DNA of 22,714 bases from IMG/VR virus record IMGVR_UViG_3300037264_003342; one strand, written 5' to 3'. How positions within the stretch are numbered: the stretch's first letter is position 1; the number at the start of each line of letters is the position of its first letter. The notes beneath the pieces were generated by a model. The model was not told where the DNA came from. It ran no database searches and saw nothing but the letters and a program-made list of their open reading frames with translations. The DNA is from an uncultured virus (IMG/VR IMGVR_UViG_3300037264_003342). Lineage: Duplodnaviria; Heunggongvirae; Uroviricota; Caudoviricetes. The position numbers and the translations under genes are program-made. This document shows, in pieces, positions 22,625 to 22,714 of the stretch.

Positions 22625-22714
22625 TCAGCCCTGGCGGATCGCAGTCGGAAGAGCGATGCCGGCTCGGCGAGCCGCGAGCTGCGCAGGAGATCCACCGCGC
22701 AGGATGTTCTGCCG
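22625..22714 (-). CDS. C-terminal end of an upstream gene (truncated by window)
   Basis: Open frame RQNILRGGSPAQLAARRAGIALPTAIRQG* ending just before ATG 22623. Confidence 0.5.
   Translation of the reverse strand, partial: RQNILRGGSPAQLAARRAGIALPTAIRQG

Noticed and set aside
22624..22695. GTG 22695 as start of the large - strand gene
   Set aside because: This stretch is occupied by the 3' end of an upstream frame that stops at 22625, immediately before ATG 22623.

Overview
A gene-dense, GC-rich segment that reads as phage or prophage DNA. Left arm (1-7113, + strand): about 14 mostly translationally coupled early-type genes, including the C-terminus of a PAPS-reductase-like protein, several Zn-finger proteins (one ending in a Z-alpha-like winged helix), a GHKL ATPase fused to an HExxH domain, and an internally deleted DEDDh exonuclease pseudogene. 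Right arm (7110-22714, mostly - strand): virion- and membrane-type genes, including a membrane-anchored peptidoglycan-binding protein, modular fibre/spike-like proteins, tiny Arg/Lys-rich Cys peptides, a lipoprotein, an SspB (ClpXP adaptor) homologue and a 601-aa glycine-zipper protein. Several sigma70-like promoters drive this arm, and two appear to give leaderless mRNAs. The most striking element is a + strand island (11020-14307) holding a tandemly duplicated three-gene cassette: GNAT-like protein, two-domain beta-sandwich protein with hydrophobic variable loops, and a small Cys-rich protein ending CYPTLPIVPPPP. Two more diverged two-domain beta-sandwich paralogues lie at 7110-7835 and 8939-9706. 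I recognised no terminase, portal, HK97 capsid, tail tube, integrase, tRNA or CRISPR. A tailless, membrane-containing virus of a high-GC diderm host is a plausible but unproven reading. All family calls come from motifs recognised by eye; no searches were run.
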